Shown piece after piece: positions 46,831 to 55,800 of a stretch of 64,000 nucleotides of DNA. Source of the stretch: an uncultured Gammaproteobacteria bacterium (GTDB lineage: Bacteria > Patescibacteriota > Microgenomatia > UBA8517); NCBI GenBank assembly GCA_964599625.1, contig CAZRGC010000002.1:71883-135882 (forward strand), in the 5' to 3' direction. Under the pieces are notes generated by a model. The model ran no database searches, was not told the origin of the DNA, and was given only the letters and a program-made list of their open reading frames with translations. Position numbers and translations under genes: made by a program. Every line of letters starts with the position of its first letter. The first letter of the stretch is position 1.

Positions 46831-49800
46831 ATGAGATATCTAAAGATTGCCCAAGCTGCTCAAAGATTAGGAGTATCCACAAAAACCTTAAGAAGGTGGG
46901 AGAAAAGCGGAATACTCACACCCAGAAGGACTCCGGGAGGCCAAAGAGTTTATCTTGCAAGCTCTATAGAAACCTTTGTAAGGCCGGAGAAACAAACAGG
47001 AAAAACAAAAACAAGATTTGTAGCCAAAACATACGAAGTCAAAAATAGCTTCAATTATAAAAGTTTTGCTTACGGCGGAATTGCGTCGGCATTTGCAGTT
47101 CTTTTGTTCTTTAGTCTTTTTAAAGTTGATTTGAGTTTGAGGCTGCCCCAGGAAAGTTCATCTAACGTATTGGGTGCCAACACACAAAGAAACCCGGTTA
47201 TAGCTTTTGTAGACGATTTGGTGAAGCCTGTATTCGGATTTTTTGCCAATAGCGCCAAAAGGATTGAGCTGGCCCTATTCAGTTTCAATGTTAATCAGGA
47301 TATAAGCCAAGGTCAAACGATTATTCAAACAGCAAGCCAGGTGGGCGGAGGGTCGGAGATAGCAGACAGATCGGTTACTGGTGTAAAGATCGCAATTCAA
47401 ACAGTACTTAACGAAAATATTGCCAGAGGCCAAATCAGCGTGGACAGGTTAGTTTCAAACCTCGTCTTTCCGTCAACATATCTTTTAGATCTCTCAGAAA
47501 TAAAACATACAACAACATCAAATACTGGCTTAATACTTCCAAATACATCAAGTTCATCTCCATCCAAGCCTACAAGCGGTGAAGGATATCTGGCATATGA
47601 CACTTCGGGAAACCAGCTTATCCTTTATAACGGTTCCAACTGGCAGACTATTAGCGGAGGAGGGGGCGGAGGAAGCGGAGATATAACAACTGTCACTGCC
47701 GGGGACGGACTAACCGGCGGGGGTGGCTCAGGAGACCTTACCTTAAACATTGTCGGGGGAAGTGGTTTTTTGGTTTCTGGGGATCAAATTGATTTGGATG
47801 TAACAACTACGGGAACAACATCAACGACATCTTCAAATTCTGGTTTGGAGGTTACAACAGCGGGATTGTCTCTTATGAGAGGTTGTTCCAATACACAAAT
47901 ATTGAAATGGAATGCGAGTACACAGGTGTGGTACTGTGCAGCAGACAATAGCGGAAGTGGCGGATCTTTAGATATAGAAGAGGGTGGAAGCACAGTCGTG
48001 ACCAGCCCAACAGCGATTAACTTTACGGCATCTGAATTTTCTGTCACAGAATCACCAAGTGGAGTCGGTTTGATAGCTATTGATTACGTTAATTCAAAAA
48101 TTAGCAGGTATGATGCCACAGAAGTTCTTACCAACAAAACAATCTCTGCAGGAAGTAACACAATAACAGGTCTTACAAACTCCAACCTTTCCGGAAGTGC
48201 GGGAATAACAAACGCCAACCTCGCAAATTCATCAGTTACCATTAACTCTTCGGGAATCCTCACAGGTGGCGGATCTGTTTCTTTGGGAGGCAATATTACG
48301 CTTGCAGCGACAGAGGCTGACACACTGGCTGCAGTAGTTTCCAGAGGAGCCACCACCACAACTTTAGTTAATTTGAATGGTGGAATAATCTCTCAAGGTG
48401 CTGTTGCAGGAAAAGCGCTTGTGAGAATTGACGAAACTGGGGATCAGAATCTATTGGTTGCAAGCGCTTCAGGAGTTACAAAATTCACATTAGACAGATC
48501 GGGTAATGTTGCAGCCTCCGGAACTGTTACTGGTTCCAACCTCAGCGGCACCAATACAGGTGACCAAACAATCACTTTAACGGGAGATGTAACAGGAAGC
48601 GGAACAGGAAGCTTTGCAACTACGATTGCCACAAACTCAGTTGCACTTACAACAGACACCACAGGTAATTATGTTGCAACAGGAGCCTCGGGGAATGGAG
48701 TTTCTTTGACAGGTGGTGGTTCTGAGGGGGCAACTCTTACCGCTAATCTTGGTGCTTTGACAGGTGATTGGGATCAAACAGGTGCTTTTGATATTGCTCT
48801 CAACAATTCTTCGTCTGAACTCAAGATTTTAGAATCAGGATCAACACCAACCTTGTTCGGCATCTTTGATGTTGGAGATCTGAGCTCATCTGACTCTACA
48901 TTCACTTTCTCTGGGAGTTCTGGTACTGTTTTGACAAGTGCTAACGTTGCATCTGCCCTGTCAGGGTGGGACCAAAATTCCAGTGACGATTTAACAACAG
49001 GCAACTATGGTGCAACCCTCGACTCTGTTTATGTAAATGTTGCCGAGTCGCCAACCTCTGCAGATATTGCAGGAAGTTTTTCGGGAGGACTTACTCTAAA
49101 TTCAAACACAGTTGACGATTCGGAGCTTGTTGATGCACTCACATACACAGGGGCGTTTTCAGTTGGAAATCTTACAATTTCTGACACGAATGTACCTCTT
49201 ACGGGGGCCTCGTTAACTTTCGATTTTAATAATGCCAGCGATAGAACCCTTACAATTGCAAATGCAGGAGCAGGAACTGCAAATTTGTCAGTTGACGGTA
49301 CAATCGCCGCTTCAAACTTCTCAGGTTCATCAAGTGGCACCAATACAGGCGATCAGACTATTACATTAACGGGAGATGTAACAGGAAGTGGAACGGGAAG
49401 CTTTGCAACAACAATTGCAGCCAACTCTGTTGCATTAACAACAGATACGACAGGTAATTATGTTCAAAGCATAACAAACGGAACAGGAATCACAGGAGGC
49501 GATGGTGGCGCAGAAGGATCAACCCTAACATTAGCAGTTGATCAAGCTGCAAATTTTACGTTAACAGGAAATAACACATTTACACCTTCCTCAACAAACG
49601 ATTTAACAATAAATCTGGATGCAGACTCAACGCTTTCAGAAGTTTTCTCAAGTAGCACAAATTCAACAAGTGCAGTGACTCAATCTATAACAAACTCTGC
49701 ATCAAGTGGAACAATTACAGTTAACGGAAACGATATAACTTTGGTAGGAACTGACAATGCAGGCGGTGCTAACACCATTAATGCTTTCAAATTTGAAAAC

Positions 49801-52800
49801 GTTACCGCACACACAAATAACACCTTTAACGGACTAAACTTTGGAACGGGTTATACAAACTTTTTGACCTCGGGAACAATTGCAATCGTTGCCGATGGGA
49901 CAATAACAGGTGCAACAATCTCAGGCGGAAGCAACACATTGTCTAATATTGGTAACTCAAGCCTTACTAACTCATCTATTACTATTAATTCTTCGGGGAT
50001 TTTGACAGGCGGTGGATCGGTTTCCTTGGGTGGAAACATTACACTAACGGCAACCGAGGCTGATACTTTGGCAAGTGTGACTGGGCGCGGTGCTACAACA
50101 TCAACTGCCCTAACACTATCTAATGCATCAAACAGTATCACTGTAGGCACTTTAACAGCAACAGGTGGAACGATTAACGGAACTGTAATTGGTGGATCAA
50201 CACCTGCCGCGGGAACATTTACAACTCTAACCGCGAATGGAGATGTGACACTTGGGGATGCAATAACAGACAACATTACTTTTACAGGGCGTGTGGCACA
50301 GGATAGTGACTTGGTACCAATTGGCACAACCGGGACAAATGATCTGGGAAGTGGATCTCTTCCTTGGGATAACATTTACGCAAATGCAATAACTCAAAAC
50401 GGAAACCTGGTTTGTGACGCAAGCGGCGCCAACTGTCCCGCAGGGGCAGGCTACTGGGGTCAGACTCTTGGCGCGCTTTATGCAAACAACAATACCACAG
50501 ACCTTTTGATCGGTGGTAATGCTACAACTTCTGCCAAGTTTGCATTTACAAATGTATTAACAGGAACTCCAACTGCTTCTATCTCGGGAACTACTGCAAA
50601 TGTCGCGACTTATTTAACTGGTGAGGGGAATTTGGCAACAACAAATATGCAACCTTTGACAATTGGTGGTTCAACTACCGGTTCTGTTCAGCTAAACCCC
50701 AAAGGTTCAACGGGGCTCTTTGTAAGTGGTAGTGGAAATGTAGGAATTGGCACAACATCAAACACTGGCGGGTATGTTCTTGATGTTATCGGACATGCAA
50801 GATCCTCCGGATACTTTTTTGGAGACAATGGGTCGTTTGTATCTTTCACGGCAGGTGGGGCCTATCTTGGTGATTCAAGCTACGCAGCAGGTGGTGGAAT
50901 TGGGTATGGTTCTAGTAGAACGCAAATTTGGTCTGGAAGCGGATTTCCGCTCACGTTTGGAACAGCCGGAACTGAACATATGAGACTTAGTGCTGCAGGT
51001 GGTTTGTCGCTTGGCGCATCTTATTTAACAACTGATGCTGGTGCAGGCAACGCAATTATAACCGGCTCACTTGGTATAGGCACTTCTGGTCCTGATGCAA
51101 AACTCGATTCACTTTCTACTGCCGGTGAGCAGCTAAGGCTTACTTATGCTGACGGGTCGACTTATTCAAGTTTTACAACCAACTCCAGCGGTGATTTAAC
51201 CATTGCACCTTCAGGTGGCGATACGAACATAACAGGCAACTTATCGTCAACAGGGATAGTCACAGGATCTAATTTAAGTGGCACAAACACAGGTGATCAG
51301 ACAATTACCTTAACAGGTGATGTGACTGGAAGCGGAACAGGAAGCTTTGCAACAACAATCTCAGCCAACTCTGTTGAGCTTTCCACCGATACAACCGGCA
51401 ATTACGTGGCAACAGGAGCTTCTGGAAACGGAGTTGCCCTTACCGGTGGAGGCTCTGAAGGTGCAACATTGACTGCTAATCTTGGTGCTTTGACAGGTGA
51501 TTGGGATCAAACGGGGGCATTTGATATTGTTCTTAATAATTCATCATCTGAACTCAAAATCTTAGAATCAGGATCAACGCCAACCTTGTTCGGTATCTTT
51601 GATGTCGGAGATTTAAGTTCATCTGATTCCACATTTACTTTTTCTGGTTCATCCGGAACTGTTTTAACTTCAGCGAACTATGCAGGGACACTTGACTCTG
51701 TTTACGTTAATGTCGCTGAGTCACCTGCGGCTGGGGATGTTGCAGGTAGTTTCTCAGGAGGACTTACTCTAAATTCAAACACCGTCGATGATTCAGAACT
51801 TGTGGATGCTTTGACTTATACAGGTGCTTTTTCGGTGGGTAACCTTACAATTTCAGACACGAGCGTGCCTCTGACTGGGTCTTCTTTCACCTTCGACTTC
51901 AATAACGCCAGCGACAGAACTTTGACAATTGCAAACGCAGGGGCAGGTACTGCAAATTTGTCAGTTGACGGAACAATTTCTGCTTCCAACTTTTCAGGAT
52001 CGTCCAGTGGAACAAACACAGGCGACCAAACAATTACTCTAACAGGTGATGTAACCGGAACAGGAACGGGATCGTTTGCAACAACAATTGCAGCCAACTC
52101 TGTTGCATTAACAACAGATACGACAGGTAATTATGTCCAGTCTATTACGAACGGAACAGGAATAACTGGCGGTGACGGCGGCGGCGAAGGTTCTACTTTA
52201 ACACTTGCAGTTGACCAGGCAGCCAACTTTACCTTAACAGGTAATAATGCATTTACCCCATCATCTACAAATGATCTTACGATCAATTTAGATGCAGACT
52301 CAACTCTTGCTGAGGTGTTCACGAGTGGAACTAATTCAACAAGCGCAAATACAGTATCTTTAACAAATTCAGCATCAAGCGGAACAGTTGGTATCAAAGG
52401 CCTCGACTTTACATTTGTGGGAACCGACAACGCAGGTGGAGCAAACACAATTACAGGTATAAATTTTGGTGACGCAACAGCACACACCAACAACACTTAC
52501 AATGGAATTACATTTGGAACAGGGTATAACAACTTCCTGACCTCTGGAACTATAAACATTGCCGCGAATGGAACTATAACAGGCGCAACAATATCAGGTG
52601 GAAGCAACACCCTTTCCGATATCGACAACTCAAGCCTTACTAACTCATCTATTACTATTAATTCTTCTGGGATTTTGACAGGCGGCGGATCGGTTTCCTT
52701 GGGTGGAAACATCACACTCACCGCAACCGAAGCAGATACTTTGGCAGCAGTTGTGTCACGCGGCGCCGCAACCACAACTCTCGTAAACTTGAACGGCGGA

Positions 52801-55800
52801 ATAATTTCCCAAGGAGCAGTTACAGGAAAAGCTTTGGTAAGGCTGGATGAGACTGGCGATCAAAATATATTTGTCGCCTCTGCTGCGGGCGCTTTCAGAT
52901 TTGCCGTTGCCAACGACGGAGCTTTGGAGCTAAGAAACTCTGAAACAATATCGAACTCATCAAATGGTGCCATTGCTTTTACAGGTGTTGGTGGATCCAA
53001 CAATGGTGCTTTGGAGATAGACCTTGAGACGAATTCGGTACCTACTTTGACATCTTCAACTGACACGTCAATCGGAATTGACGAAAACCTTCAGTTCATT
53101 GGCGCTCAGTCTATAACCACTTCAACAGGAGCTTTGACTTTGCAACCTGCTTCAGGGAGCAATTTAAATGTAACGCTTTCAGGAACGGGGGATTTTGCCG
53201 TAAATACAAATCAGCTTTATGTTGATACTAGCACGGGGTTAGTGGGAATCGGAACTTCGTCATTAATCTCCGGCGCAGAATTAACCGTAAAGGCTGCAAG
53301 CGGCAACTCTGATTTAGTATTGACTGAGAGCGGAGGTACTTATTCTTGGGACTTTTTCGTTGAAACTGGTGGCAGGGCGGGTTGGTATGACATTACCAAT
53401 AATAGAAATCCTTTTTACATGGAAGCTGGTGCGGCAAACAACTCCTTCTATATTGATTCAAGTGGTGCAGTTGGCATTGGCAAAGCTGATCCTGAACACA
53501 AACTCCAAGTAGAAAGTAGCACTGTTGGTAAGGCTTTGGTTGTAATAAATGATACAGATTCCGATCAGAATTTGTTTGTAGCATCTTCTGCGGGCAGTTT
53601 TAGGTTCTCAATTGCGAACGATGGGACTTTGTCACTTAGAAACTCCGAGACTGTTTCCAATTCAACAAACGGCTCAATTACACTTTCTGACTCGGGTGGG
53701 CAATCTGTAACATTTGACTTGGACGCAACTAACCCGACACTCACAAGTTCAACTGGAACATTTGAGGTTGGCTCAACACTCACAGCGGGAACTGTTGATA
53801 TCAATGGCGGTGCAATTGACGGTACTACAATTGGCGGATCATCTGCCGCTTCCGGAACATTTACAACTCTGACATCAACCGGCACTGTTGACCTCTCAAG
53901 TGATTCAGGCGCAGATACAATTACAATCGGTCAGAGTGGAACAACGGATGACACTGTAACAATCGCTGGTGATATATCTTTGACTGATGATCAATGGAGT
54001 GTGTCTGCGGCCGGTGTTGGTAGCTTTATAACCGGCTCTTCTATTGGTTCACTCACTTTTACCACAAACAATATTGCCGACTCGGGCGCGTTGACAATAA
54101 GATCTGCGACTTCAAACGCCTTAACACTTGACTCTGGAACAACAGGTACCGTCAATTTGGGAACCGGTAACAATGCAAAAACCATAGCAATCGGCACAGG
54201 AAATGCAGGTAATACAATAAATGTTGGCACAGACAACACTGTTTCGGACACGATTACGATTGGTAGTGCCTTGGATAACGTAGCAATTACCGGCGATGAT
54301 TGGTCCATAACGTCTGCCGGTGTTCTCACGGTAGCCAGTTGTACCGGCTGTGGTGGTGGGGGTGGAACATTGGACTCTGTTTACGAAACAGGCAATGCTT
54401 TAACAACATCTGACAATAGAGATGTAGCACTTGTATTTGCAGACACAACAACCGATTCCAACTTCAATATTGATCTTGAGGCGGATAACACTGTTACTAT
54501 TACAAGAAATGCCACAGCCTCCACAGAAACACCGTCTCAACTTGTACTTCTGGAAAATGCAGATGCTGACGTAACAGTTACTGCAGGGTTAAGCATTTTG
54601 GAATCGGGTGGAAACATTGGAACAGGGTTAAATATTGGTTCTGGTATGACAATCGGAATAAATGCCAACGCAAACACCATAGAGAATATTGGCAATTCAG
54701 GAACAGATTTTGATTCCTCAGGAGGTCTTACCCTGGCTTCTACACTCACACTAACCAACAACACCATTACTTGTACAGGATGTGTGGACGCAACCGACTT
54801 GGCTGCAAATTCGGTTGATGATTCCGAACTTGCGGACACACTGAGTTACACCGGTACTTTGACAATTGCTTCAAATGCGCTGGCCGTTAACTCTGATTCT
54901 ATTACTGCAGACGGCGCAACTCTTACCATAAATGCAGCAGGGAACGTGGATGTTCAAGACGCACTTAATGCAGATTCAATCACCTCTGATGCCGGTGTAT
55001 CAATTGCCGCAGGGCAAAGTTATACAGGCGCCGGTGCAGTTAGTGTAACTTCGGCAACGGGAGCAAACGCTTTAACTTTGGATTCTGGTTCTACTGGTAA
55101 TGTCAACCTTGGAACGGGTAATAATGCAAAAACCATAGCAATCGGCACAGGGAATGCAGGCAATACAATAAACTTGGGCACCAACGACACCGTCAGCGAC
55201 ACCATTGCAATCGGAAGTGCTTTGGACAACGTTTCGATTACAGGCGATCAGTGGTCTATTACAGATGCAGGTGTTCTTACTGTTGCAAGTTGTAGCGGTT
55301 GTGGAGGCGGAGGATCAACATTGCAAGCTGCATATGATGCTTCAAGCGGTAATACAATATTAACCACAACAGGCAGAAACATTGCATTCACTCTGGGTGA
55401 GGTTGCATCACCGACATCCTTCACGCTGACAAATCAAGATACTGCCGGAACAACTGCTTTTGGGCTAACAAATTCTATTGCATCGGGAACACTAACAAAC
55501 GGTATTTTAATAGATCAAACAGGTGCAGGAACACTTACGTCTGCCATTAAAATAGTGGAAACAGCAGGAACAATAACCGATGGTCTTGTTATCTCGGGAA
55601 CTTTATCCAACATTCTTAATAGTGACTCGATTGATATAACGGGTGCGGGTGCAATTACGGGAGCTACAGGAGTCGGAACAACAACTTTAACATCAACCGG
55701 GACAACTAATATCGGAAGCAATTCGGGAGCTGTAACAATCGATTCAACAGGCTCTTTAACTATTAACGATACTGTAGTTTCGTTAGCAAATCAGTCTACA

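Noticed and set aside
46831-47000. IS607 element
   Set aside because: Only the HTH is present; no serine recombinase domain or tnpB, and it is in frame with the fibre
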